This document shows, in pieces, positions 36,957-49,429 of a stretch of DNA of 64,000 nt (within the stretch, counting starts at the first letter, position 1; each line of letters begins with the position of its first letter). The notes below the pieces were generated by a model. It worked only from the letters and a program-made list of their open reading frames with translations, ran no database searches and was not told the origin of the DNA. The stretch comes from Vitrella brassicaformis CCMP3155. Taxonomy: Eukaryota; Protista; Chromerida. The position numbers and the translations under genes are program-made. The stretch is taken from assembly GCA_001179505.1 (NCBI GenBank), contig CDMY01000411.1, forward strand, positions 20,723 to 84,722. The letters are read 5' to 3'.

Positions 36957-37284
36957 CTTCCGTCTGCCTGAGAGTGTCTGTATGGGCTGTGTCTGTATGT
37001 GTGTGGCGGACCTTCTGCCCCGATCGATTGGTGGTGAGGCCGGACGCTCGATCAATCGCATTTCCATACAGAGGGGCAGAGACGTTAGTTGTTTCCGCCA
37101 GACATCCCCATACAAATATCATCAATCGCCACACAGAATCTTCAATGTCAGGCAGCATGCCACTCAGTCAGTCAGGAACGGAAAAAAGGCGTCTACACTC
37201 ACCTCTCCCTCCAGCTGATCGATCAGCGATAGGACGATGGAACAAGGACGTGAAAGGGTCTTTGAATGCCAGCCACTACCATCC

Positions 37285-39112
37285 TTAACCTGCTGGTACG
37301 CGCCTGTTGCTGCCATAGCGCATGGCCATTTCATGGAGCTCGTTCATGCGGTCCTTGGCGTTGTAATGGTACAACAGAGGAAGAGGCATGTACTCGTACA
37401 CGTGCGGCTGCAGACTCTCACGCAGAGTGGCCTCACTTAGATACCTGACATGCGCACAGACAAACGCGTCATGTGTCTCGGAGACACTGCACGTTTGTGT
37501 AGGCTCATGCACATTACCATGGATAGACGCCTTCCAGCGGCACCATCTTCAGAGAAGGAATGTTCATTCTACGGGCCATCTGAGACACCGTAACGTCGTC
37601 TGTCATGCGGCAATCCTCGTTTGAAAGGTGCATGAACTCCTGCCGAAAGCTGCGGTAGGTGGTCTTGTTAAATCCCTCCACCATGAGACGGACGAGAGAT
37701 GAGCTCATGATCCACCCGCCGCCACCGCACACGCCATAGTCGCAGTTGCCCGTCCCACACGCGAAGATGGCAAACAGCGTCGGGATCGAGGGGTCGTGGT
37801 CGGCAAGGAACCGCTGCACGTTGTCGGGCAGCACATATGCGTCGTCATCACAGAACAGCACCCAGCCGAAATAGCCATTGGTCTGGCTGATGAGGTTGGC
37901 AGCCACTTCGATGCTCCCGGCCGTCACACAAACTTGAGACGTGAAGCTGCTCACTTGTTCTGCAGTGTTGTTCACACGAGGAATTCTCGCGAACAGGTCA
38001 GAAACTGTTGACATATAGGCAGCAAGCCAACAAGCCATGGTTGCGAGCGGGCGGCGCAGAAGAGAAGGCGCCTTTCCTTCTACTCACTTGTGGTGCACTC
38101 CTCTATCACGATCATGTCATCATGCCCGTCACCGTGGCCCTGTCCGACGAATAGAATCAGCTGGTCGGTCCTGTTGTGGGCGACTGCCGCATAGGTGGAC
38201 CGAATGAGGGGCACGCGAGTGCTATAGAATCGTGGCGCCGTACGGTGGAGTATCAACACAGGCGGATAGGACGAATGACCTGACGAGTCTCCTTGCGCGT
38301 CTGAGTTGGATGGAGCGGCCATCTGATGTGCGAGGCCCTCGTGTTTGTCACCTTGGTGCGGCAATAGATTGGCCCTGCAATGGCAACGACAACTTCAGAC
38401 CCACGTCTGCGTGCCCGTTTCACCTTTTCTTCTGTTCTGTGATTTGGGACTGCTCGTAAAGGACCGCAAGTAAGCCCAAAATGTCCCAATCTGCCAAGCA
38501 TGTCAAGCATGCATTCGTATGACGTGTCTCATCCACATACATTCGTATTACACGTGTACCCGTCAGGAGCAGGTCTCTCAGCCGCAGCCGCCCTATGAAA
38601 GCTATCAGCTCGTCATCGGGTGTAAAACCGTCTGCACGTTGGATCAATAGTGCAGTCACAAAGGCCGAAGGGCAGCGCTCAAGATAGCCAGCGCCATCTG
38701 ATACCAGAAGATAGCTCCATTTTCCTTACACACAGAAGAGGGCCTGCACTCACTCACCCTCTGTGACAGCCAAGGAGGCATTGAGGGCCCTCACATACGT
38801 AACAGGGGCCCACGCACTCATCGTTGCTGAAGTTCGGTCCTCCTCCTTCGCCTTTTGGAGATCGACAAGCAGTTCAGAAACTGCGCGATGTAAGGATGCA
38901 ATCACTGCACTGGCCGACAAACAATCGTCGACGTGCAACCCGAGGTCAGCATTTCGCACACGTGTGCGAAGCGCACAAAGCATCCTGCAAAAAGACAAGA
39001 AATATTTGAGCTGTGTTTTGCTGCTTAAAGACCTGAAGATGGGCCACGATGTCCTATCAGGTGAGACAGACAACAGCCAGCCAGCCAGCCAAAGAATGGC
39101 GCGATGGTGCAT
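37285..39112 (-). CDS. Gene D: signal peptide + diverged shared N-terminal module + fringe/C1GALT1-like GT31 glycosyltransferase
   Basis: MHHRAILWLAGWLLSVSP start. YLERCPSAFVTALL...LRLRDLLLT|DWDILGLLAVL module. VLILHRTAPRFYSTRVPLIRSTY...WVLFCDDDAYVLPDNVQRFLADHDP...CGGGGWIMS...TDDVTVSQ is the GT31 DDD and GG(A)G signature. Confidence 0.8.
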
Positions 39113-39120
39113 GCCTATCA

Positions 39121-39195
39121 CCTGAAGAGCCCTATAACGCCTACTTCCTGGAACAGTGACCTGAAGACCCCCTTATCGCCTACTTCCTGGAACAG
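39121..39195. repeat. Two-copy 39-bp tandem repeat abutting the gene D start
   Basis: CCTGAAGAGCCCTATAACGCCTACTTCCTGGAACAG / CCTGAAGACCCCCTTATCGCCTACTTCCTGGAACAG. Confidence 0.85.
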
Positions 39196-39640
39196 CGCAT
39201 CCAACTCCGCAGATAAAAGAAGCATGCCATAAAGAGCGCCCCGATGTGCTTGGGCCAGGACGTACATACAAAGAAGGGCAGCGAGTTTCCTCTCTCTTGT
39301 CTGTCTGTTCGAGTTTTTCTCTGGACTTCGCGACCGCAGTATCTGTGTGCTTTCCCTCATGGCATTTCCCAGCGCCATCTTTCTGTATATGTCACCGTCC
39401 AAAGTGGTGTTGTGTTTTTCATGTTCGTAAGTGCAGAGAAAGAATGTGCGAGGAAAGATGGTGTGAAGGCTTGAAAGGAATCGGCTTGAGACGAGAGAAG
39501 AGCAGCCTGATCCGACGACGAGAAAAGTAAACGCTGTCCCCATCCCCGAAGAAAAGAAAAAACCTTCTCTCTTTGTTTTCGACATGCATCTCATTCCACT
39601 CGCCTCAGGAGCTTGTGGAATTTACGACGGACAAAAGTGC

Positions 39641-40278
39641 GCGGTGTACCCTGATGAGTCGTTTTCGTGGCTTCCGAATGCTCCCCGCGACGCGGAGACC
39701 TTGCGCGAGACGGTTTGAGGAGCTGGGAACTCATCGCTAGTGCCAGTTGCAAGGCATGATTGGGTCCTGTTGCAGCGCGAACGAGTGTGGCTAGGGTCGG
39801 TCGCAAAAGTTGTGGTGGCGGTTAAGTCAACGCGAGCGAATATGGAGCGTGTAGGATTATTCTTCTGTATCCTCACTGTTTTCCTTCCTTTCCTCTCCGC
39901 GCTGGACAGCCATTTCAGTCCGCGGGACGAACTCCGTCAGCTGTACCCGCCGTTCTACACTCGTGGAAATCACAGCTCTTCCGAGCTGCTCGCGTCAGCC
40001 CTTGGCAAGACCACAACGGGCGCCGAAGAGGCGGTCAGATGGCTGACATCCGGCAACGCATCTTCCCCACTGGCGATAGGCACGTTTGCGTCGTTCCTGC
40101 TGCACGCCCTGCACGCCTTGGCAGAGCCAGACAACGGTGACAGCGCCCGTCGAGTCCTGCGGGCCATTGATCTGATGCGCTCCGGTCTGCCTTTGGAAGC
40201 GCTGCTGACATCCGAATGGCCGATTTTCAGCATACTGGTGCATTTCCGCTCCGTGGTTGATGCGGCTGGCCTTGAGAG
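39641..40278 (+). repeat. 638-bp segment nearly identical and colinear with 14640-15277 (upstream region and 5' coding part of genes E and C)
   Basis: Both start GCGGTGTACCCTGATGAGTCGTTTTCG and run to GCGGCTGGCCTTGAGAG with equal length. Confidence 0.9.
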
Positions 40279-41771
40279 CGATGCGATATGTGAGTCGAAT
40301 GGCGCCTGGTCATATCCGTGGGATGTTCTAATCGAGGGTTTAGAATCTCTCATCGCAATGGCTCGACGTGAGGGCATCACTATTGCCGTGGCGAGCCATG
40401 TGCAGATCATCAAGATGGGATTTCATCTATCGATGGCGTCCTCCTCTAAGACCTTAGGTCATATAGTCGAGTCCTGAGTGACACTTGGACGTTCTTGCCG
40501 TGATTTTCAGGTGACATGAGCTCATGTCCTTTAGGCTTCATGGCCGCTTTGACTTTGTGGCTTTTGACAGCAGCATTTGTCAGCCCGATGCTTGATTTGC
40601 CCGACATACTGCAGACGTATAAGTATGGAACATTTGGACATATAGGTGCCCTGTGGAATCATTTGAGGATCGAACAGCTCATCAGCAAGCGTTGGCGAGT
40701 CCTTGAGCTGCTTGAGCTTGTGTCATCACAGTCGCTCGAGAGGGAAGACAGGGAACGCAAGACCAGGAGACAACAGGGTAAGTGGGACAGAAAACCCTAT
40801 AGTGCTTCCATTTCCCCTGGTCCCCTGCCGTGCGCTCAGCCATGTCTCCCAAGCGTGCCAACCACTCGAGTGAGGTGATTCCGAGACGAGGCCTCTTCAT
40901 TTCGGTGCTGACGTACAACCGCCCCCATTCCCTCGTGAGGCTGCTAGAATCCCTCTCTAGGTCACACTATCTCGGTCATCGTGTGGACCTGCTTATCTCG
41001 GTTGACTTGAATCGTGACGGGCTCGTCCACAGCGAGACGCTTCGGGCGGCCAAGTCTTATGAGTGGCCGCACGGCAAGCTCACAGTGCGGTTGAGGGAGA
41101 GGCACTATGGATTGGCTGAGCAGTGGATCCATGCAATTCCCGAAGACAGACTGAAGCAAGACAATGGCACTGTCCTTCTCATCCTGGAGGACGACATCGA
41201 AGTGTCTCCGTTCTTTTTTAAGTGGCTCCTCAAGGCCCACGCAGCGTACGGGACGAGGGAAGATGTGAGTGGATTCACTCTGCAACGGGCAATCTTTCGA
41301 GGCGACCAGCGACGCTATCATGGGAAGCACGTGAGTGTGCATCAAGGTGTCTTTCTTTATCCGCTTGTTGGGACCATCGGATACAGCGCGTTGCCAGTGG
41401 CGTGGCAGCGATTCGTTCGATGGTACGCTTCGCTTCGGGTAGACGGTCGCTCTGCACCGCTGGTGCCTCACATCATCGCTACGCACTACCTTCTTTCCCT
41501 CTCTCAACGCAATACCTCGATTTTGACATCATCCTCTTCGTGGGGCTCAACAGAATCTGCTCTCGATTACTTCAATCACATTCATGGCCTCTACTGTGTC
41601 TACGGTAATGCGCCGGACTACATGACTCTTGCTGCGCACCACCACGAGCCAGGAGAGCACTTCTCGTCCAGAAAGATGGATGCGCTTCCTCTGCCTAAGT
41701 GGCAAGACGAATGGTTCGTTTTTCCTGACCCGCCGGTCGTACTTGGCACCGATGGCGAACCGATCCAGTGA
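39842..41771 (+). CDS. Gene E: signal peptide + shared N-terminal module + GT-A/GT2-like glycosyltransferase (plant At5g12260-type motifs)
   Basis: Same start as gene C. Introns ~40459-40510 and ~40780-40839. ISVLTYNRPHSLVRLLESL...VDLLISVD...WPHGKLTVRLRERHYGLAEQWI...LILEDDIEVSPFFFKWL. Confidence 0.8.
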
Positions 41772-42023
41772 CTAATGAGAAGGGCATGATAAATGCTACC
41801 CGAACACTTTCAACCACCATTGACAAAGCAATTACATAGACGTGTTGGCCTTCCTTTCTGTCCCCGCTCTTTCCCTCTGTTTCTCCCTCACGTTGCGTTC
41901 AGAGGAAAAGAGCGGCTCCACGTTGGGTTGCGTTAAGTGATTCAGTCCAAACCGACACTTCGATGCTGACATCTCCGACATGGGTAGTTATAGGACTGTG
42001 ACGATTACCTGTAGCCAGCACCC

Positions 42024-42990
42024 TCACTCAGTAGAAGAGCTTCTTATCCAGATTGAGGTCAAACCGGCTGGCGATTGAAATACGAATCGCGGCCATAGGG
42101 GTATCCTCTTGATCGCATCCTGATACGGTTCGCGCTCCGCATTATCGACAACGAGGATTCCCCCGATGCTCAGCAAGCCTTTTTTCAGCACATACTCGAT
42201 GCACTTTCCCCGGTGTCTTCCGTCTACGGATATGACGTCGAAGGTCCTGTCTGTTGAAGCGGTGTCAAGCACTTCTACATATTTCGGGTCGTCCATATGG
42301 CGGTGGCGAAAAGTCCATTTTCTCTGGAGCCGCGGGTAGTGTTTCCTGATGGTCTGCTCTGTATGCGTAACCCAGCTGCAAAGACACACAGAGGTAGAGA
42401 GAGAGGGGAGGAGAGGGATGGCGGCACCTGTCGTATGCGTGCTGGAGCATACCTCTCGCTGTCTTCGATGGTTGTCAAGGAGGAGACATGCAAGAGAAGA
42501 AAAAGAGTCCTCGAGCCACTGCCCCTGAACGTGAAGTAAGTGTATAGAATCCAAATTGAGACAGACAGTAGGTGTACCATTCGAGTGCAGTCATATCGGT
42601 GCGAAGGATAAATTGCATAAACATCACAGCATCGCGAGTCCACCACGGCTCGCATATATTTCCCACTGATGACGGACCGTGCTTTCGGCTCTTCGGCCTC
42701 CCGCCAATTCCAGCAGGGCAAAGATTGACGAAAACGACCCGATTGTCTCGGTAATTCTTGATCTTTGTTTGGGCACTCAGCGCGCTCAAAATGACCGCTG
42801 ACGGAGGAGATCCGAGCTGCTGACTTGAGTTCACCACCGTCCCATTGACATGAGTGTCCAATCGCCTGTCACGCCTCCGTGACATGGAGAGAGCTGATTT
42901 GCGGCCGCTGAGAGACCAATAAACAAAGTAGAGCACCAGCAGCCAGACCGCTCCCGTGGCTGCCGCGCCCACCGACCTTGCCCCGCTCAT
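42024..42990 (-). CDS. Type II membrane class I SAM-dependent methyltransferase
   Basis: N-terminal TM; EPWWTRDAVMFM...ALEW|GSGSRTLF; FDVISVDGRHRGKC...GGILVVDNAEREPY. Two introns. Confidence 0.75.
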
Positions 42991-43101
42991 TTCAATTTCC
43001 TCGCCATGAGTAAATCTGGGTTGTCCGGGAAAGGAAGTTTACCACGTCGGCACATTTACGAATCTTTAGTACAATTACCATTCCTTGAGTTTTGCGCATT
43101 T

Positions 43102-43684
43102 TTACAATGGACACTCTTCTGACTTCCTCTTCTTCCCTGCCCTCGTGCTCAAAGCCGTCTTCTTGGCTCTCTTCTTCGCTTGTCTCGTCGCTCCTTTCGT
43201 CACCGACTTCCACCATCGAGCCAACCCCTCGTTACCGTCGAGCGGGTGTGACATGTTCGTGTCGCCCGTCATGTCGACGTCCTGTTGCTGTGTGCTCGAC
43301 GCGCTTGCGTTGGTGGGAATGGCCATATCAGCGAGGACGAAAAGCCAGATCAGGGAACAGGAGCGTTCCACGGAGGGAGACGCCCGCCTCGCTGATCGCG
43401 GGGAAGCTGTTGTCAGGTCAGATCACAACACAGCTGGTGGGCCGAACAAGAGACAATGGTAGGAGATTCGGCGGAGAGAGGGAGACGAAGTGTCCAGTAG
43501 CCATTACTTTTGTTTTCCTGCCGGCGGAGTTGGATGGCCAGATTCTTGAACCTATGACCGCAAAGACCTGCACGTGTTCGGTGAGAGGAAGAGAAGATGA
43601 CACATTTCCAGCGATTGCCGTCGGTCCCTTGCAGTTCGGGTTGAATGGAAGCAATTCTTCTACATACATTGCATGTCTTCCCAA
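43102..43684 (-). other. Possible degenerate relative of the 44494-45364 AP2-like gene (shared C-terminal NLS-like motif)
   Basis: 25-nt identity TTCCTCTTCTTCCCTGCCCTCGTGC (~43124 vs ~44528), encoding TRAGKKRK on the minus strand in both. Upstream structure unresolved. Confidence 0.3.
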
Positions 43685-43924
43685 TTTTTACAACCGTCAG
43701 ATTTAGAGCTATTTGCGTGAGAGCCAACATCATGATTACTTGGGTTTGTGGCAGGGGAAGTATACAAGCCGGGCGGCCCTGCGCCATCGGGGTGACACGT
43801 TACGACACGCAGACTCGCACAGATCTGGCCTTTGCCGAAATCAAGGGGTAGACAGAGAAAACATTGGTGAGCCGGGCATCCGCCCTCAGCCGTGCATCCT
43901 GTCTGGCCGTCGTCAGATTAGTGG

Positions 43925-44200
43925 GCTGGGTTGCAGAGCACGCACACACACATGCACGCACGCGCGCACACAGAAAACGGACAAGATTAGAAACATCAAA
44001 GAGAGACATGCATACGTAATTCATCCAGACAAACAGCCAGACAGTGTCGGCAGAGACACCACATCAATTCACAGAGAGACAGTCTGGGATGATACATGTG
44101 TGTGAATACGTACATGAACCAATCAATCAATCAACCAATCAATCATTTATTTTTCTGGATTTTTCCCCGATCGTGTTTTTCGGCACAAAAAAAAAGCCAT
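43925..44200. repeat. Inverted copy of the 12760-13090 repeat
   Basis: Reverse-complement match over the ~130-nt core plus flanking motifs. Confidence 0.75.
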
Positions 44201-44390
44201 TTTCCGGGCGAAAAAGAGGAGGGCTTCGCTTTCACACAACCCCCCATCTCCTTTTTCAGTCGTCCCAAACCCCTCAAAAAAGCAAGGAGCAAAATCAAAA
44301 ATTCTGTAGATTTGAAAACAGTGCAGATCTGAGGGAGGAGTCTGAGGTGAGATCAGGGGAACATTCGTAGACGTGTTGCACCCACTCGGA

Positions 44391-44428
44391 GCAAGAAGCA
44401 TCTTCCGGATCAGGGAGATGCTTCTTGC
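44391..44428. repeat. Perfect 13-bp-arm hairpin 66 nt downstream of the AP2-like stop
   Basis: GCAAGAAGCATCT-TCCGGATCAGGG-AGATGCTTCTTGC. Confidence 0.85.
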
Positions 44429-44493
44429 CACTTCTAACGCCTACTTCCATTTTGTCTGAAATTTCCATTTAACATCAGTCAATCAGTCAACAA

Positions 44494-45364
44494 CTAATCG
44501 TCCTCTGTGGGCACCTCCTGCTCCCTTTTCCTCTTCTTCCCTGCCCTCGTGCGGCTGGCCACACCCTCCTCATCCGCCCTGTCCTTGGCCTTGGCCGCCT
44601 CGGCCTCGAGCTTCAATGAACGCACCTTCTCCCGCGCCCACTCCCTATACTCAACTGCCATCTCAATGGCCCTATCTATATCCTCTCTGTCAGCAGATAA
44701 CACCGGGGATTTCTTGAAGAATTTGTAGACCCCACCGTGCTTGAGCCTGCACACAATGTGGACCCTGAAAGGCGTGGTGTTATGGGCAGCATACAAGTGC
44801 TTCCTGTCCGGCCAGCCGAGCTCATCCTTGGGGCAGTCCAACTCGTCTCTGGGGGACAACAGGTTCAGCCGCCCATTCACCGCGTCCTTCACCTTCTCGT
44901 CCTCCTCCAGGCTGGCGAATACGTAATCTGACATGTCCGCATCGGTCCAGCCTATGCGCCTCCGAATGTCGTCCCTCCAAGCGACGGCCCCCTGAATGGC
45001 CTCCGTGACGCCCTTCTCGGTGGCCGACAGGAAGCGGAACTTACGCGTGTGGCGATTCAGCACCGCCCGGTAGGTTGGATGTGAATGGTGACCATCATGG
45101 CGTACAAGAAATCATTCTGTGTCTTTGTGTATCTGTTCAGCCGCGTGGTGAGTAACATGCCCTGCCCGGTGTGCACTATCCGCGATAATGGCGATCGGGC
45201 GGGCAGGATGATGCCCCGGGGCAACGGCCGGACGGGCCTCTGGTGCAATTCCAGGAACAGGGACAAAAGGACCTGCGACTTCGAGTTGGATGAGTACCGG
45301 TATTCACCCTGACGAAACACGACTGTTGCTCAATCGGCACATCCTCAAGCATCCGCAACACCAT
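44494..45364 (-). CDS. AP2-like (ApiAP2-type) tandem-domain protein with an ATG-only first exon; possible frameshift
   Basis: ATG|GT intron..CAG|GEYRY...ELHQRPVRPLPRG. Two segments resemble the AP2 helix: RKFRFLS..EKGVTEAIQGAVAWRD and YKFFKK..DIDRAIEMAVEYRE. Basic NLS-like end. The N-terminal frame stops at 45057, and the AP2 frame has a TGA just upstream. Confidence 0.5.
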
Positions 45365-45549
45365 GGCGTATTAATCTCTAACACAAAACACTCCTTACCG
45401 CGTGAAACTCACAAAGACTGCACCACTTTGCACTGGTCTTTTCGATTGCAGTAGTAGCAAAAAGCCAATCAGTCAACAACAAGTCTTCGAAAGTGCCTCC
45501 ATGAATCACTTCAGTGACAAATACTTGAGTAACCGGCCAGCCCAACCCA

Positions 45550-47052
45550 ATGAAAATTGACTTTGCACTGACAGCGTCGTTGATTACTGCCACCGTCATC
45601 GGTTCATTTGTGTTGTGGTCCCTGGTACGAGGAGTCGCTTTGCCAGAATGGATAACGGAACTGCATAAGCTCGCGCTTATTCGGCATCCGTCGACGACAA
45701 GGACCACAAGGCTCCCACGACGACCGCCGCTGTCAACGCATCCCCTGTGGCGTAATGTCACCCTTAAAGGCGCGATCACATTCGAGAGATACGGTACGTC
45801 TCCCTTTCCGATTTATCACGTTCTGTCTCTGTATGTTCTCTGACACCATTCATGTATGAATGAATGAATATGTGTGTGTGTGTGTGTGTGTAGGAAGAGC
45901 TACCAACAATGTAATTCAGACCCAGAATATGCTGGTGGCTGCAAAAAGAATGAGACGGGTGCTGCTCATTCCCTCTTTTTGGGTTACAAAAACCAAAGAC
46001 GAATCTAGATCCACTCTTAACTGGCTACAGGTATATGTTCAGCCTCTTCACTCTCTTGATGAGCAGGCCATGGCGCATTTTGAGTGTTATGTAGGTTCTT
46101 GATCTAAACTACATGAACGTCTACCTTCACCCGGAAGGCAAGCATTGTCCATTTGAAGATCATGCAGCCAAGGATCCCCTTCTGCGGAGCTTCCTTAACG
46201 GCAGATCGCGGAAGTTCCCTGCGATGTATCGAGACCCTGCATACTGGCATCCAGATTGTCTAATTCGGCCCGTCTTCCATGCTGGAGCATTCTGCCGCAG
46301 CTGTGCCGAGAGAGTAGGAAAGAAGGACGGCCTGTCGACGAATGTGACCCTCCCTTTAAGTCATCGAAAAAGGCCGAAGCGATTCACCGTGGCTTTGTCA
46401 AGCTTTATTGACAGCGAGAAAGCAATCCACAAGGAATACCCAAACGAAGAGTGCTTGGTTGTGGACGGATCGACTGCTTTCAATCTGAGACATAATTATG
46501 GTGTCCTGCTGCCGTACAGGCAATGGGTCAAGAAGGCAGCCATGGCCCTCTTGTCGCATGTGAAGCCAAACAACGATCCGGCGTCACCTATCCTGGTGGC
46601 GCACATTCGAAGAGCTGATTGGACAAAGTATGAGAAGGGGGCAAAATTGGACAACCACTTGGGACAGATCGATGCGGCCCTCCAAGGTGAAACCGGCGTC
46701 CGAATCAGGAGATTGCTGATTATCACCGATGCAAATCGCAGCGAGAGGAACAAAATTCGGCGACGATTCCCTAAGTCAACACAAGGTTGTTCGTCACGCT
46801 TGGTGGACCAGTGTAGAGATGCGTTATCAAAGCTGGCCGTGGAACAGCAAGCAGGGGCCATGAGCGACTTTTTCATAGGAACGAGCGGTAATCTGCGGTC
46901 CTTGTCCCTACAGTGAGTCTGTTTGTCTGCCTGTGTGTGTGTGTGTGTGTGTGTGTGGCTCCGCAGGTAGCACATTCACGGGGCGCATTATCAGCATGAG
47001 ACTCGCTTTGTACAACAAACCCGCGTCTACGTTCTCGGAGGTCTTGTCATGA
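45550..47052 (+). CDS. O-fucosyltransferase-like (GT-B, O-FucT/PF10250-type) type II membrane protein
   Basis: TM; FERY|GRATNNVIQ..NMLVAAKRMRRVLLIP; LVAHIRRADW; LLIITDA; LAVEQQAGAMSDFFIGTS|..STFTGRIISMR stop at 47052. Confidence 0.75.
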
Positions 47053-47497
47053 CCAACAACCTGCGAAACCTCTCTGAGGGGTTGAAAGCACAGCTGAATG
47101 GATTCTTTTGTGAGACCCTGTGTGCTCGAGACGGCTGCCGACTCTATGCAGGCAAAACGCAGAGCCAGGCCGATCGAGTAGGGAACGGCGACCAACCAGA
47201 GGGGGATGAATGTCAGAGACATCATTGCCTGAGGAACCGATGCTTTCTTTGCCCACCTCCCTTGCCCGCCTCCCTTGGCGTTTTATCCTTTTCTTGCACT
47301 GCAATTGCTCTACAGGGGACCCGTCGACAGCGGCGGTCGTGAGGAGAACCTTGTGGTCTTTGTATTATCTTTTCAAACCGAGATGTCAATCTACATGATG
47401 AGACAACTAGAGGTTGACAATATCTCTATTTCATATCACCTCTACTCACGCGCTCTCTCCCCCGCGTATCCTTTGCATCAGCTCTGCTACGCGCGCT

Positions 47498-47890
47498 CTA
47501 TCCCACGTCCACCTCCTGCACAGCTATGTCCGCCTCCTCCGGCCGTCTCTGCACATCAGGGTCTTGATCGGGGTTTGGCCTCTGCGGAGGGGGGGTGGGT
47601 GTAGTGGTGGGTGGAACTGTACCCACTCCCTGCCAGAGAATGCACTCCCTACAGTTCTCAGGAACGCGCGCAGCCTGCACACGAATGACGACACACAAAT
47701 GTGTTACGTGATCTGTGTGAGTAGGAAGTGCGCTTACTGGTGCACTCCCGCCGCGTCCCAGCCAGAAGAAGAAAACTCAAGCTGGTGATGGTGGTGTGAC
47801 TGGTGTCGGCCGCCAGCCAGAAGTTGAGCAGGACCCTGGCGGCCACCGTGCGCTGCTTGTACGTGATGTAGTAGTAGAAGTAGACTGCAA
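47498..47890 (-). CDS. Last exons of a small hypothetical protein; start unresolved
   Basis: GT-AG-bounded exons FYYYITYKQRTVAARVLLNFWLAAD..RRECT| and AARVPENCRECILWQG..PPTTTPTPPP..DVG stop. Confidence 0.3.
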
Positions 47891-48160
47891 TCACGCACCC
47901 GCGACAGAGGACAGACATGGGATGGCTGCAAACACAGTAATAATGTCGCAGCATGTATTGTCTACCTACTGCTAGGAAATCACACAGGAAGAAGACGCCA
48001 TTAGTGAATGGATCTTGCCCCCAAGACGCGTCATCTGTCTCAAGATGAGGTAGGTAGGCAGGGTAATTTGCTGTGCGCAGACAACGCAAAGACAGACGCT
48101 CTGAGCCCGCAACACGCACTTGAACAACGAGGCTTTACATGAAGGACCGAAACGACAAAG

Positions 48161-48215
48161 TTCACGACCCCAAAAAGCACCAGCTGGGGGAGTGCTCTAG
48201 GCTACTTTTTTTCCG
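48161..48215. repeat. Second copy of the 12524-12570 motif
   Basis: Shared GGGGGAGTGCTCTAGGCTA core with matching flanks. Confidence 0.7.
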
Positions 48216-49429
48216 CCCGATCGGTCCTTCCGTGGTTGCCAATGTCGCCACGATAAAGCTCAGCAGTCATAAAAAAGCTCAGCACCCGATTGAGTCGTCT
48301 TCTTCAGCCGTCAGCGGCTGCTCCTTTTCTCTCTCTCCTCCTTCCTCGTCTTCCCACGCTCGCCCTTCGTCACCGGTCTTCTCACCAGCGTGGCCCGACG
48401 ACGAGAACACACAATTGCTACTCGCCGACATCCACAGGTACTCGTACGGACACACCTCACTCCCCAGTTCACATAATCTGGTCATCTGTTCCTATCCCTG
48501 TGACTCTGTGTCTATCAGGCAATCGTATGTGCCCAATGATGCACCCCGCTGCTGATGCTCTGAGCAAAAACCCGTCGCCGTACAATGCAGAAGGCAACGG
48601 GGCCTGCCTCGAAAGGATGCAGCGACAGATTCGGCCTCCAAGCACTCAGCAATGCCGAATAGGAATGCCCTGGTAAGAGGACAAAGCAACGTCTTCACTC
48701 AGCAGTCATGTGCGTGTACGTGAGTGTGTTCCTTGGCAGACACTCACCCAGAAGTGCCCGACAGCGACGGCCGCCAGGGTCGCCAGCGCGAATCGACATC
48801 AGGTGAGGTACCACGTGTATACACCACACACACACACACACACGACACGACACATCTCCCACACAACGACGCCTGTCTCGTCTGTGTTTGCAGAGTTCGG
48901 CGGTGCCATTGACACATGACACAGACGACAAGGACACCGTCCAACGATGGGCTGCTGTCGTCAAGGCTCTGGACAAGCACCTCAAAAGCGTGGACCAATC
49001 GGCTTTCATGCCAATAGGCTCGAGATCAAGAAGCCACGCTCTTCTCATCGGTCATTTTTCGTTGAGAGAAGCTATCTGTATATGTTTCTTGATCCGCTGC
49101 ATGGTTCATGATTCGTGTATTTCATCCCCACTGCACAATACCTGCCGTCCCTCATGATTTGTGGTGTGCGTCTTCTCCTTACCTGCGAGGTATTCTCTGT
49201 CTCTTCGTGTTCGTACCTATACGTGTACCTATCTCTCATGACACACAGCTACGAAAGGGAGAAGGACATGCATGCAATGCTGAGTGAGCACATGTGTTCT
49301 TTTACTCATCGCATGAATGGTGTGATCGACGTGTTGTTGGACACATCCGCATTCTCCGTCAAACGCGCAATCACCTCAATCACTTTGGGGGTCGTGCACC
49401 GCGCTCAGCTTGCTGGGCGCCTTACTTGT

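Noticed and set aside
44391-44440. Hairpin plus CTAA as a Helitron 3' end
   Set aside because: It is not followed by T, there is no matching 5' TC end, and no Rep/helicase remnant was seen.
48400-49100. Exon-like fragments on the plus strand
   Set aside because: Could not be assembled into a supported gene.
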